In this document: positions 8,788-19,713 of the stretch, piece by piece
How positions within the stretch are numbered: position 1 is the stretch's first letter
Layout: each line of letters begins with the position of its first letter
Origin: Patescibacteria group bacterium
Lineage (GTDB): Bacteria > Patescibacteriota > Minisyncoccia > UBA6257 > UBA9933
Reading direction: 5' to 3'
Assembly: GCA_038065955.1 (NCBI GenBank)
Contig: JBBTPY010000001.1
Span: forward strand, 92,061 to 156,060
DNA length: 64,000 nucleotides
Program-made: the position numbers and the translations under genes
The notes under the pieces: generated by a model
What the model saw: only the letters and a program-made list of their open reading frames with translations
Told to the model about the DNA's origin: nothing
Databases searched by the model: none

Positions 8788-9133
8788 TTATTCTATTATT
8801 AATCTTTTAATTCTTCTGATTTGAAGTTTATTTTTCGGCAGCATTTTCATAACCGCCCGGCGCAAAACCTCGGCCGGTCCCTTTTTCTCCAAAAGCATTT
8901 GAAGAGTTCTCTCTTTTAAATGGCCTATTTGGGTGGTATGGCTGTAATATTTTTTCCCCGTCAGTTTTTTTGAATAAATATCCAATTTGCCGATATTTTT
9001 CACGGTTACGCTGTCGTCGCCTTCAAAGCGCGGTTCATAACTGGGATTTTTTTTTCCTTGTAAAATCAAAGATATCTCCGAAGCCAAACGGCCCATTTTT
9101 TTATTTGCGGCGTCAATAGTATATAACATAAAT

Positions 9134-9150
<17 letters not shown>
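8788..9150 (-). CDS. rplM: 50S ribosomal protein L13
   Basis: 120 aa uL13-like: [24 protein letters not shown]. Confidence 0.9.
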
Positions 9151-11275
<2,125 letters not shown>

Positions 11276-11277
11276 TT

Positions 11278-11742
11278 TTATCTCGCAAAGTGCGCGAACG
11301 CTCTGTTGGCCTCCGCCATTCTGTGAGTGTCAATTTTTTTCTTAATCGCCGCGCCTTCATTTTTAGCGGCCGCCATAAGCTCTTCCGCCAATTTTTCCGC
11401 CATTGGCTTTCCTTTTTTCGCCCGAGCCGCGTTAATAATCCAATGGCTTGACAGAAAAAACCGGCGTTCCGGCCGCACCTCGCGCGGCACTTGATAATTG
11501 GCGCCGCCGACGCGCTTGGAAATAACCTCTAAAACAGGCGAAGCATTCTCAATGGCCTTTTCAAAAACCGCCAACGGTTCTTTATTGGTTTTTTCAATAT
11601 TATTAAAACACTGATAAATTACTTTTTCAGCCACGGATTTTTTGCCTTTTTTCATTAAATAATTAATGAACCGGCCAAGCGCCATATTGTCGTATTTTAC
11701 GTCCGGTTTATAAAATTTTTTGAATATTCGTTTTTTACGCAT
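11278..11742 (-). CDS. rpsG: 30S ribosomal protein S7
   Basis: 154 aa uS7. Confidence 0.95.
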   Translation of the reverse strand: MRKKRIFKKFYKPDVKYDNMALGRFINYLMKKGKKSVAEKVIYQCFNNIEKTNKEPLAVFEKAIENASPVLEVISKRVGGANYQVPREVRPERRFFLSSHWIINAARAKKGKPMAEKLAEELMAAAKNEGAAIKKKIDTHRMAEANRAFAHFAR

Positions 11743-11744
11743 AT

Positions 11745-12155
11745 TTATTTAGGTCTTTTTGCTCCATATTTGCTTCTTTCCTGTTTTCTTCCTTCAACGC
11801 CGGTGGCGTCCAAAACGCCGCGGACAATGTGATACCTTACGCCCGGCAAATCTTTAACTCTTCCGCCCCTTATCATAACCACCGAATGTTCCTGAAGAGA
11901 ATGACCAACGCCCGGAATATAAGCCGTCACTTCCGAGCCGTTTGACAATCTTACCCGCGCCACTTTTCGCAAAGCGGAATTCGGTTTTTTCGGCGTAGTG
12001 GTAAAAACTTTCAAACACACGCCGCGCTTAAAAGGCGAAGTTGAATAAACCGGTTTATTTCTGACCGTATTAAAATAAAAACCCATTGCCGGCGACTTGG
12101 ATTTTTTCGCCGTTTTCTTTCTTCCTTTTTTAATTAGTTGGGTGATTGTGGGCAT
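11745..12155 (-). CDS. rpsL: 30S ribosomal protein S12
   Basis: ...[38 protein letters not shown]. Confidence 0.95.
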   Translation of the reverse strand: MPTITQLIKKGRKKTAKKSKSPAMGFYFNTVRNKPVYSTSPFKRGVCLKVFTTTPKKPNSALRKVARVRLSNGSEVTAYIPGVGHSLQEHSVVMIRGGRVKDLPGVRYHIVRGVLDATGVEGRKQERSKYGAKRPK

Positions 12156-12184
12156 AAAAAAAACCTTATCGGTTTATGTCAAAG

Positions 12185-12212
12185 AATATCAAAATTATCC
12201 GCTATTTGTCAA
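12185..12212 (-). promoter_or_regulatory. Putative promoter of the rpsL-rpsG-fusA operon
   Basis: Minus strand TTGACA - 16 nt - GATATT upstream of rpsL. Confidence 0.35.
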
Positions 12213-12241
12213 TGACTTCGCCAAAAAATTATTAAAAAAAT

Positions 12242-14563
12242 TTATTTTATTAATATCTTAACTTTCCCGATATTTTCTGAACCATAATCTTCCATTGAAC
12301 GCCCGATTATGCCTGAATGCCATTTCTCGGCTTTTTTACCGATTCCGTTATCGTCCAATTCTATATAATCCCCATGATTTATTATTCCTTTTACTTTTAC
12401 CGGAACTTGGCCCATTAGAGCAACCAATGTCCATTTTTCCGGATGTTTCCATCTTTCTTCTTCAATATCACCGTTATTGCCCGTAATTCCGGCAAAAGTG
12501 GAAATCGCCCCGACAATAAAATCGTCCCCTTTTTCGGCAATTTTTATTTTTCCGTTTTCTAGCGCGACAATTGTTCCTTTTTCAATAACTTCCTCATTTA
12601 AATTTTCAAAATACTCGGCATAATCCGCTCCACCGCCACCAAAAGCTCCGTCAGCTTGGCCGGTGCCTGTATCATTAAAGAAAAATTCACGGTCGCTAAA
12701 ATTACCGCTATACAAACTCAAAATTGAAGCGCTGGTCCCGGCAACCGACATATAAACTCCTTCTTGCCCAACACCGGTATTAGTATTGGAAAATCTCGCC
12801 ACAGGAAAAACATTATTTACAACTTCCAGTTTTGCCCCCGGCCCCGTCGTCCCGATGCCGACGTTGCCGGTTGATAAATCGCCGTAAATCACTCCTCCGA
12901 TATATAACTGATTATTCGCCGTGGCGGACGGAGCGTCTAAATTGTATCCGATAATTATATTGTTTGAGCCCGAGGTCACGGCGTCTCCGGCGGAATAACC
13001 AAGTAAAATATTATTTGAACCAGTTGTTAATAATCTACCGGCGTAAGAACCTAAAATAGTATTATTTGAAAATGAATTGCCGGATACCCCCCCCCATCCA
13101 GCCTGAATACCAACAACCACATTATCATTCCCAGTAGTGTTATAACTAAGAGCATTATTTCCTAATACAGAATTACCGCTGCCTGTTTGATTATAATAAA
13201 GCGTAGATCTGCCGAATGCCGCGTTATTTGCTCCGGTAGTATTGGATATCAATGTATTTTGTCCAAACGCGGAATTTTGATAGCCGGTAGAATTATTATT
13301 AAGCGCTCTGGAGCCAAACGCTGAATTACTATAACCAGTATTAGCGTAGAGCGCGTAACTACCAAAAGCGCTATTATCAGAAGCTGTGGTATTGGCAAAA
13401 AGAGCTCCATAGCCAAACGCGTTATTTTGTCCGCCGGTGGTGTTTGAATAAAGAGAATTTACTCCAACTGCATTATTCCAACCACCAGTAGTATTAGAAT
13501 AAAGAGCCCTATATCCTATCGCATTATTATTTACGCCGGTTAAATTGTTCTGAAGAGCGCCCATTCCCATCGCGTTATTCATATTGCCAGTGGTGTTTAA
13601 TTGAAGGGCGTTTATTCCTATCGCGTTATTGGAATAGCCGGTTGTGTTTGAATAACCGGTATCCATACCGATAAAAACATTGTATCTTCCGCCTCCGCTA
13701 GCAGAATTAACTCTTCCGGCATTATTGCCGATAAAAAGATTAGAAATATCATCGGAATGAATTGATATTAAATTAGTTCCGTCGGATTTTAAAAGTTTTA
13801 TTAAAGGATTGGTATTTGATTGAGTTGAATTAGCTCTTACGATAAATTGCGTTGCGTCGGAATTTCCGCTTATTTCCATTTTTGCCGATGGCGCCGTCGT
13901 CCCGATGCCGATATTGCCAGTAACAATTAAATCTCCGGAAAAAGCCGCATTACGCCAGCGAGTATTAGGAGAATAACCAAGGTCGTAAGTATTATCAGAA
14001 CCGGGCAAAAGCGGAGAATCAAAAGTGGCGGCGGAAACTCGAGCGATAGCCGACTGAAGCGCGCGCGTTATCCGAGAATTAGGATTAGTAGAATTATATG
14101 TAAGTTGAATATCTATGGAAACAGTATCATGCCCGGGATATTGACTAAATTTAGTAAAAAGAAGTTTATCTGCGATAATTTTATTATCAGTTAAATCGCT
14201 TATTCTTTGATAAGTACCCGTTCCTTCGGACATTTTAATAAGTTTTGACGGCTCGTCCAACCAAATAACAATAGGGTCCCTGTTGGCAGAAAGCCCGGCA
14301 GAATCTTTCATTCTTAATTTTAAAGTGGAAGTGGCGGTTGAAGTCGCCATTTCAATATTGGAAGATTCCCTGACCAAGCGGCCGATTGTCTGCATTACGA
14401 AATTAAGCTGACTCGTGGCTTCGGCGGAAGCCGATTCTTTTTGATTGACTTTCAAAACCATCGTTAAAATTCCGGTCATCAATCCGGCAACAATGGAAAA
14501 AATCGCCACATATATAAGAAGCTCTATAAGAGAAAAAGCGTTTTGTTTTGATTTAAAATTCAT
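12242..14563 (-). CDS. Large type IV pilin/pseudopilin-like protein with tail-fibre-like NTxG repeats
   Basis: Start probably at internal MNFKSKQNAFSLIELLIYVAIFSIVAGL (prepilin N-methylation motif, Glu at +5). The central ~300 aa is ~25 imperfect repeats of xNTTGxxNxAxGxxAL, and the C-terminal ~130 aa is conserved. The ORF-track start at 14641 would overlap the upstream gene. Confidence 0.7.
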   Translation of the reverse strand: MNFKSKQNAFSLIELLIYVAIFSIVAGLMTGILTMVLKVNQKESASAEATSQLNFVMQTIGRLVRESSNIEMATSTATSTLKLRMKDSAGLSANRDPIVIWLDEPSKLIKMSEGTGTYQRISDLTDNKIIADKLLFTKFSQYPGHDTVSIDIQLTYNSTNPNSRITRALQSAIARVSAATFDSPLLPGSDNTYDLGYSPNTRWRNAAFSGDLIVTGNIGIGTTAPSAKMEISGNSDATQFIVRANSTQSNTNPLIKLLKSDGTNLISIHSDDISNLFIGNNAGRVNSASGGGRYNVFIGMDTGYSNTTGYSNNAIGINALQLNTTGNMNNAMGMGALQNNLTGVNNNAIGYRALYSNTTGGWNNAVGVNSLYSNTTGGQNNAFGYGALFANTTASDNSAFGSYALYANTGYSNSAFGSRALNNNSTGYQNSAFGQNTLISNTTGANNAAFGRSTLYYNQTGSGNSVLGNNALSYNTTGNDNVVVGIQAGWGGVSGNSFSNNTILGSYAGRLLTTGSNNILLGYSAGDAVTSGSNNIIIGYNLDAPSATANNQLYIGGVIYGDLSTGNVGIGTTGPGAKLEVVNNVFPVARFSNTNTGVGQEGVYMSVAGTSASILSLYSGNFSDREFFFNDTGTGQADGAFGGGGADYAEYFENLNEEVIEKGTIVALENGKIKIAEKGDDFIVGAISTFAGITGNNGDIEEERWKHPEKWTLVALMGQVPVKVKGIINHGDYIELDDNGIGKKAEKWHSGIIGRSMEDYGSENIGKVKILIK

Positions 14564-14603
14564 ATTTTCTTTACCAACTATATTAGAGTATACGATAATT
14601 TTA

Positions 14604-15224
14604 TTAAAAAAGAAAACTGCCGGCGATAATCCGAAAAACAAAATTGGCCAATGGCGGTAAAAAATAAAAAGCCAGAATCAAAGCGATAAAAATTCCGAAA
14701 AACCCCGCTCGCTCCACAAAATAACGACTGCGGGGAAATAAATCCATAATCACTTTTGAGCCATCCAATGGCGGCAAAGGAATAAGATTAAACAAGGCCA
14801 GAACAATATTAATATAAATAATCAGCGCCACTAACTCCAAAAAAACAGGCTGACCGGCAAAAATTGCCAAAGAGCCGGAAAATCTTAAAATCAAACCCAT
14901 GATCAAAGCGATAAATAAATTCGCCGCCGGCCCGGCAAGCCCGACTTTCAGCGAACCGTATTTTTGGTCTCTTAAATTGTAAGGATTATACGGCACCGGC
15001 TTCGCCCAGCCGATAAAAATGCCGGAGGTAAAAAGCAGAAAAAGCGGAATGGCGACCGTGCCCATTAAATCCAGATGCGCCAAAGGATTTAAAGTCAGAC
15101 GGCCGGCGTCTTTGGCCGTGGAGTCGCCCAAGCGATAAGCCATAAATCCGTGAGCGTATTCGTGAAAAACGGCGGAAAGAACGATAATTAAATATAAAAA
15201 AAGTTTTAATGAAATAACATCCAT
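14604..15224 (-). CDS. Site-2 protease family (M50) zinc metalloprotease
   Basis: HEYAHG (HExxH) and NLIPLPPLDGSKV motifs with multiple TM helices; start probably at MDVISLKL... Confidence 0.8.
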   Translation of the reverse strand: MDVISLKLFLYLIIVLSAVFHEYAHGFMAYRLGDSTAKDAGRLTLNPLAHLDLMGTVAIPLFLLFTSGIFIGWAKPVPYNPYNLRDQKYGSLKVGLAGPAANLFIALIMGLILRFSGSLAIFAGQPVFLELVALIIYINIVLALFNLIPLPPLDGSKVIMDLFPRSRYFVERAGFFGIFIALILAFYFLPPLANFVFRIIAGSFLF

Positions 15225-15247
15225 AAATTTAAATTTTATAAAAACTC

Positions 15248-15282
15248 TTGACACTAAACGCTAAATATTAAATACTAAATAC
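15248..15282 (+). promoter_or_regulatory. Putative promoter for rpmB
   Basis: TTGACA - 17 nt - AATACT immediately upstream of the rpmB start. Confidence 0.4.
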
Positions 15283-15288
15283 TAATTT

Positions 15289-15495
15289 ATGCGAAAATGC
15301 GAATCATGCGGCAAAGGGTCAATTCTTCGCGGCGGACGAAAGAAGCTCCGCGGTAAGTATAACCCAACGCCAAAAAAAAGAAAATATCCGAATCTTCAAA
15401 AAAGCCGCCTTCAAGACGGCGCGCGGGCTTTAATTTGCGTGAAATGCATCAGAAACATTTCAAGAACGCAGAGCATAAAAACCAGCGGCGCGTAG
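15289..15495 (+). CDS. rpmB: 50S ribosomal protein L28
   Basis: 68 aa; CxxC...; YNPTPKKRKYPNLQKSRL resembles the bL28 core (RRFNPNLQ). Confidence 0.7.
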   Translation: MRKCESCGKGSILRGGRKKLRGKYNPTPKKRKYPNLQKSRLQDGARALICVKCIRNISRTQSIKTSGA

Positions 15496-15547
15496 CTGCT
15501 GATTTTTATTTGGTTGGACTAACCGGTATTCGCCCAGCGCTTTTTTG

Positions 15548-15618
15548 TCGGGCCAGGGCGAATCGAACGCCCACTATACCCACCCCAAGGGTACGGACTA
15601 CCACTATCCGATGGCCCG
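15548..15618 (-). tRNA. tRNA-Pro (GGG)
   Basis: Revcomp CGGGCCATCGGATAGTGGTAGTCCGTACCCTTGGGGTGGGTATAGTGGGCGTTCGATTCGCCCTGGCCCGA; anticodon loop TTGGGGT. Confidence 0.7.
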
Positions 15619-15826
15619 CTCGCTAAAAAAGTCCGCTTAAGCGAACCTTTTTAGCGAGCCCCAGCTGTTGGATTAACCCCGGCTAATACCAAGTGGGAAA
15701 ACTCAATCACAACCCTAAAGCTGTGATACTTTTGTTCTTCCTTTTAAAAATATTTGATCCGGTAATCACAGCTAAGACTCAACTATATTATAACGCCATT
15801 AAAAAATAAATACAAGGCAAGATAAA

Positions 15827-17998
15827 TTATTCCAGATGAATTTCTTCTTTAAAACGCTCAAGGCGCGCTTTAATTAACGGATAATTTTTAAGCAGAGGGT
15901 CTTTTTCAAATATTGTTTCCGCGGCCCGGCGGCTGTCTTTGACCAAATCCGGATTTTGAACAGCTTTCATCGCCAAATCAGGAATGCCGGCCTGCGTTTC
16001 GCCCAAGAATTCTCCCGGTCCGCGAATCGCCAAATCTTTTTCGGCAAGCTCAAAACCGTTTTTCGCCTCCAATAAAGAACGCAGTCTTTTGCGGGTTGTT
16101 TGCGAAGAAGAATCCGTAAAAAGAAAACAAAATGATTGGTGTTCTCCCCTGCCAACGCGGCCGCGAAACTGATAAAGCTGAGCCAATCCGAATCTGTCAC
16201 TGCCTTCAATAAACATAATCGTCGCGTTCGGCACGTCAACGCCAACTTCCACCACTGAAGTTGAGACCAAAATATCAATTCCGCCGTCTTTGAATTTTTT
16301 CATTATTTCCGTTTTTTCTTTGGCCTTTATTTTACCGTGAAGCATCACGACTTTTAAATCTGGAAAGATTTTTTGCGATAGTTTTTCATATTCCTCTTTG
16401 ACCGCTTTGACTTCAAGCCACATTCGCCTGCGAAAATCAATCTGTAAAGTTTCATCATTTTCAACTCCGGTTTCATTTACCGGCGCGGATTCTATTCTTG
16501 GACAAATCACAAAAACTTGCCGTCCTTTTTTAATCTGGTCGCGAATAAATTCATACGCTTTATTTCTGTCCGTCGGCGCCACAATTTTCGTAATTATTTC
16601 TTTTCTATTTTTCGGCAATTCATCAATAATGGATAAATCCAAATCGCCAAAAATAGTCAAAGAAAGCGTGCGCGGAATCGGCGTCGCCGACATACTTAAA
16701 AAGTGCGGAATTAATTCATTATTTTTAAGCAATTCAGCCCGCTGACGAACGCCGAAGCGATGCTGTTCGTCAATCACCGCAAAAACTAAATTATTGAATT
16801 TTACGTATTTTTGAATAAGCGAATGAGTGCCGAATACGATTTTTATTTTGCCGCTTGATATTTCTCTGACAATTTCGCTTTTTTTAACGTCGCTTTCCAA
16901 ATCGTCGCCGTAAAAAACTTTTGCGACCGAAGAAGTGATGATACCGACGCCTCCGTTAAAATCGGAAAAGAAAATCTTGAAAGTATTATAATGCTGTTGC
17001 GCCAATATTTCGGTCGGCGCCATAAAAGCGACTTGCCCGCCGGTAGGCATGGTCCGCCCATTATTTTTAACCGCGGATAAAGCGGCGAGAATTGCCACAA
17101 TTGTTTTACCCGAACCGACGTCGCCCTGCAATAATCTGTTCATCGGATGAGACTTTTTCAAATCCTGAATAATTTCCCATAATGATTTTTTCTGGGAATG
17201 CGTCAATTCAAACGGAAGTTTTTTAAATAATTCTTTTATTTCTTCCAAATCAATTTCAACGGCATGCGCTTTTTCTTCCGCCAAACGCGCGCGCTGGCGA
17301 ATATTAACCAGCTGCAAGAAAAACAAACTTTCAAAAGAGAAGCGTTTTTTAGCGTTAACCGCCTCTGAAATATTCTCGGGAAAATGAATCGCCTGAAGGC
17401 TGGTTTTTAAATCGGTAAAATTAAATGATTTTAAAATTTCTTCGGGCAAAAAATCTTCCAAAAAACCAATCTCTTTCAAGAGCGGCTGAATCAAAAACCG
17501 AAACATTTTTGAAGTAAGGCCTTTTGTTTCCGGATACACCGGCACGATTCTGCCGGTATGTTTTAATTCACTTGTATCTTTTTTCAAAGATGTAATTATT
17601 TCATGAATCGGATGCGAAAGCGCCAAGCCATTTTGCGATTCAACTACCTTTCCGGCCAAATTAACGATTATCCCTTTTTTAATTACTGTTATTAAAAATC
17701 TCTGATTAAACCAAACCGCGCGAATAGAACCGCTGTCGTCTTTCACTAAGGCCTCAATAATAAACATTCTCTTTTTCCATGTTTTCCACATCTTCACCGA
17801 AACGATTTCGCCGCGAATTACGGCGCGCTGTCCGATTTTTAAATCGCCGATTTTAGAGATATTTGAAAAATCTTCATAGCGAAAAGGAAAATGCCAAAGC
17901 AAATCCTTGATGGTTTCTATTTTAATTTTTTTCAAACGCTCAAGAGTTTTCGCTCTGGCTCCTTTTAATTGAGAAAGAGGAGTTGATAATTCAATCAT
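15827..17998 (-). CDS. recG: ATP-dependent DNA helicase RecG
   Basis: Wedge domain plus SF2 helicase motifs (GDVGSGKT, DEQHRFG); start trimmed to MIELSTPL because the longer ORF would overlap the tRNA at 18006-18077. Confidence 0.9.
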   Translation of the reverse strand: MIELSTPLSQLKGARAKTLERLKKIKIETIKDLLWHFPFRYEDFSNISKIGDLKIGQRAVIRGEIVSVKMWKTWKKRMFIIEALVKDDSGSIRAVWFNQRFLITVIKKGIIVNLAGKVVESQNGLALSHPIHEIITSLKKDTSELKHTGRIVPVYPETKGLTSKMFRFLIQPLLKEIGFLEDFLPEEILKSFNFTDLKTSLQAIHFPENISEAVNAKKRFSFESLFFLQLVNIRQRARLAEEKAHAVEIDLEEIKELFKKLPFELTHSQKKSLWEIIQDLKKSHPMNRLLQGDVGSGKTIVAILAALSAVKNNGRTMPTGGQVAFMAPTEILAQQHYNTFKIFFSDFNGGVGIITSSVAKVFYGDDLESDVKKSEIVREISSGKIKIVFGTHSLIQKYVKFNNLVFAVIDEQHRFGVRQRAELLKNNELIPHFLSMSATPIPRTLSLTIFGDLDLSIIDELPKNRKEIITKIVAPTDRNKAYEFIRDQIKKGRQVFVICPRIESAPVNETGVENDETLQIDFRRRMWLEVKAVKEEYEKLSQKIFPDLKVVMLHGKIKAKEKTEIMKKFKDGGIDILVSTSVVEVGVDVPNATIMFIEGSDRFGLAQLYQFRGRVGRGEHQSFCFLFTDSSSQTTRKRLRSLLEAKNGFELAEKDLAIRGPGEFLGETQAGIPDLAMKAVQNPDLVKDSRRAAETIFEKDPLLKNYPLIKARLERFKEEIHLE

Positions 17999-18005
17999 TT
18001 TTATG

Positions 18006-18077
18006 CGTCCCCACAAGGAATCGAACCTTGATCTTGAGTTCCGCAAACTCACACTCTATCCATTGAGCTATGGGGAC
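18006..18077 (-). tRNA. tRNA-Arg (GCG inferred)
   Basis: Revcomp GTCCCCATAGCTCAATGGATAGAGTGTGAGTTTGCGGAACTCAAGATCAAGGTTCGATTCCTTGTGGGGACG; anticodon stem TGAGT/ACTCA, loop TTGCGGA. Confidence 0.65.
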
Positions 18078-18082
18078 ATTTT

Positions 18083-18601
18083 CTAAAATCTTATCAATTT
18101 TAACAAAACATCGCTCATTGAAATTTTAATCTCCTCTCGCGGCAAAAATTTCAAAAGCGATTCGCTGATTTTTAATTCATCTTCGGCGAAAATATTAATC
18201 TTTAAATACGGCGCAAATTTTGATTTAAGCCTTAAAACCAATTCTTTATATTCCTCGTTAACCGGATGAATGTCAAAACAGTCAATTTCTTTAAATGAAT
18301 AAAACTTTTCGTCCGCTTTCTTGCCGGCTTCCCCGTCGGGAAATTTAATTAATATGCCGTCACCGTCTATCTTAAATTCCCAAACAGCCGGAAAACGATT
18401 AGCGAAAGAAAATACCACCGCTTCGGCAATTACCACAAAAATCGCAAATAAAAAATTCTTCTGCCATAAAGCCAGTATCAATAAAATTGCGGCAATAATC
18501 AAGCTCAGCCAATACCAAGAAACATCCTTGACGGTATATTCAAATTCCGGCGCCCGCCAGACGAACGGCTCAACTTGTTTTTTAATATTTTTATTCGCCA
18601 T
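18083..18601 (-). CDS. Hypothetical membrane protein (172 aa)
   Basis: Two N-terminal TM helices; no recognisable motif; the start codon abuts the tRNA-Ser 3' end. Confidence 0.5.
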   Translation of the reverse strand: MANKNIKKQVEPFVWRAPEFEYTVKDVSWYWLSLIIAAILLILALWQKNFLFAIFVVIAEAVVFSFANRFPAVWEFKIDGDGILIKFPDGEAGKKADEKFYSFKEIDCFDIHPVNEEYKELVLRLKSKFAPYLKINIFAEDELKISESLLKFLPREEIKISMSDVLLKLIRF

Positions 18602-18602
18602 G

Positions 18603-18684
18603 CGGAGGGTAGAGGAGTCGAACCTCTAAGGGCTTGCGCCCGCCGCTTTTCAAGAGCGGTGCCATGCCATTAGGCGAACCCTCC
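18603..18684 (-). tRNA. tRNA-Ser (TGA), type II
   Basis: Revcomp GGAGGGTTCGCCTAATGGCATGGCACCGCTCTTGAAAAGCGGCGGGCGCAAGCCCTTAGAGGTTCGACTCCTCTACCCTCCG; long variable arm, anticodon loop CTTGAAA. Confidence 0.75.
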
Positions 18685-18721
18685 ATACTAATATTAATGT
18701 ATATTATATAATAATTTTTCG

Positions 18722-18766
18722 AAAATTGGCAAAAAAAATATGGGGAAGCAGATATCTGCTTCCCCA
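18722..18766 (-). terminator. Rho-independent terminator of the 75-aa Cys-rich peptide gene
   Basis: Perfect palindrome ggggaagcagatatctgcttcccc followed on the minus strand by atatttttttt. Confidence 0.7.
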
Positions 18767-18889
18767 TAGAGAGGAGGAATGAAGGAATGGATAACCTTCA
18801 TTACTTTGGGGGGCTCTCGAGCCCACAAGCGTAAATCTCGAGAAAGCTTTACTTACGCTTATGGGGGTTAGCCACCCCACAAAGATTCA

Positions 18890-19117
18890 TTATCGTAAAA
18901 GTTCATTTTTACAATTACGATTTGCCTTAAGGCATGAAAACTTAGGTTTTGATTTGCAATCCTTTCTTTCAAGACCGCACTCCCCAATTTTGTTTATGTT
19001 TTTGATTTTTTGCTGAATCATAGTTGCTGTCGCGGCTATAAAAACGAGCTCTTTTCCATCACAAAATCCACTACGAATTCCCTCATTTATAAAATTAGCC
19101 ATATTGTTAAAATCCAT
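18890..19117 (-). CDS. Small Cys-rich protein (75 aa), hypothetical
   Basis: MDFNNMANFINEGIRSGFCDGKELVFIAATATMIQQKIKNINKIGECGLERKDCKSKPKFSCLKANRNCKNELLR; SD AAAGGAG 7 nt upstream; own terminator; 5 Cys in the C-terminal 30 aa. Confidence 0.5.
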   Translation of the reverse strand: MDFNNMANFINEGIRSGFCDGKELVFIAATATMIQQKIKNINKIGECGLERKDCKSKPKFSCLKANRNCKNELLR

Positions 19118-19302
19118 AACAGTCTCCTTTCAGATACAAAAACAAAAAAGGTTATTAAAGAAAAAACTATTCCCTCCTCAATTTAGTTAAGCAAATCCAT
19201 TCATCCATTCATATTTATCACCGCCTCCTTCCTTTTAAAATTATTTAAATGACCTATTAATATATTAGGCAGATTTTCGAAAAAGTCAACCCCTATCAAT
19301 TT

Positions 19303-19374
19303 TGGACCCGAGCGGGATCGAACCGCTGATCTCCTCATTGCAAATGAGGCATTCTACCACTGAACTACGGGCCC
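19303..19374 (-). tRNA. tRNA-Ala (TGC)
   Basis: Revcomp GGGCCCGTAGTTCAGTGGTAGAATGCCTCATTTGCAATGAGGAGATCAGCGGTTCGATCCCGCTCGGGTCCA; G3.U70 Ala identity pair. Confidence 0.8.
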
Positions 19375-19463
19375 GATTATTTTGGACTCGGCGAGAACCC
19401 AGCACAACAGCAAAACTGTGTGTACGGGGCGCGTTGAACTCGTGTCTCCATCCATCACCATTC

Positions 19464-19537
19464 TGGTGGACCCACCGGGAATTGAACCCGAACCTCGGCA
19501 ATGCGAATGCCGCGTAATGCCGTTTTACTATGGGCCC
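19464..19537 (-). tRNA. tRNA-Ala (CGC)
   Basis: Revcomp GGGCCCATAGTAAAACGGCATTACGCGGCATTCGCATTGCCGAGGTTCGGGTTCAATTCCCGGTGGGTCCACCA; G3.U70, CCA encoded. Confidence 0.65.
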
Positions 19538-19551
19538 ACCGCAAAGGTGAA

Positions 19552-19590
19552 GGACGAATGCGACGTATTGCCAACTATACTACAAGCCCG
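19552..19590 (-). pseudogene. Truncated tRNA 5' half (acceptor plus D-arm only) between tRNA-Pro(CGG) and tRNA-Ala(CGC)
   Basis: Revcomp GGGCTTGTAGTATAGTTGGCAATACGTCGCATTCGTCC has a canonical acceptor/D-arm but no anticodon, T-arm or 3' acceptor partner before the next tRNA begins. Confidence 0.45.
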
Positions 19591-19602
19591 TTTATCGCTT
19601 TG

Positions 19603-19674
19603 TCGGGCCGCCGAGAATCGAACTCGGTCTCTACGCACCCGAAGCGCATGTACTACCGGTATACTACGGCCCGA
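19603..19674 (-). tRNA. tRNA-Pro (CGG)
   Basis: Revcomp CGGGCCGTAGTATACCGGTAGTACATGCGCTTCGGGTGCGTAGAGACCGAGTTCGATTCTCGGCGGCCCGA; flanked by inverted repeat aaagcgat that extends the acceptor helix by about 10 bp. Confidence 0.7.
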
Positions 19675-19713
19675 CAAAGCGATGAACCCCGAAGCGCTCA
19701 CACTACGCCCGAT

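Noticed and set aside
14564-14641. Upstream extension of the pilin-like ORF (MFFGLSPAVFFFNKIIVYSNIVGKEN)
   Set aside because: Would overlap the M50 protease gene. The type IV pilin leader begins at the internal Met (MNFKSKQNAF...).
12242-14641. Phage tail-fibre / prophage interpretation of the NTTG-repeat protein
   Set aside because: No phage structural, integrase or terminase genes nearby. The N-terminus is a type IV pilin signal, favouring a cellular surface appendage.
15619-15826. Possible small ncRNA (SRP/6S) between recG and tRNA-Pro(GGG)
   Set aside because: Contains a 12-bp hairpin abutting the tRNA 5' end and other pairings, but no conserved SRP domain IV motifs (GGAA/AGCAG) could be found; left unannotated.
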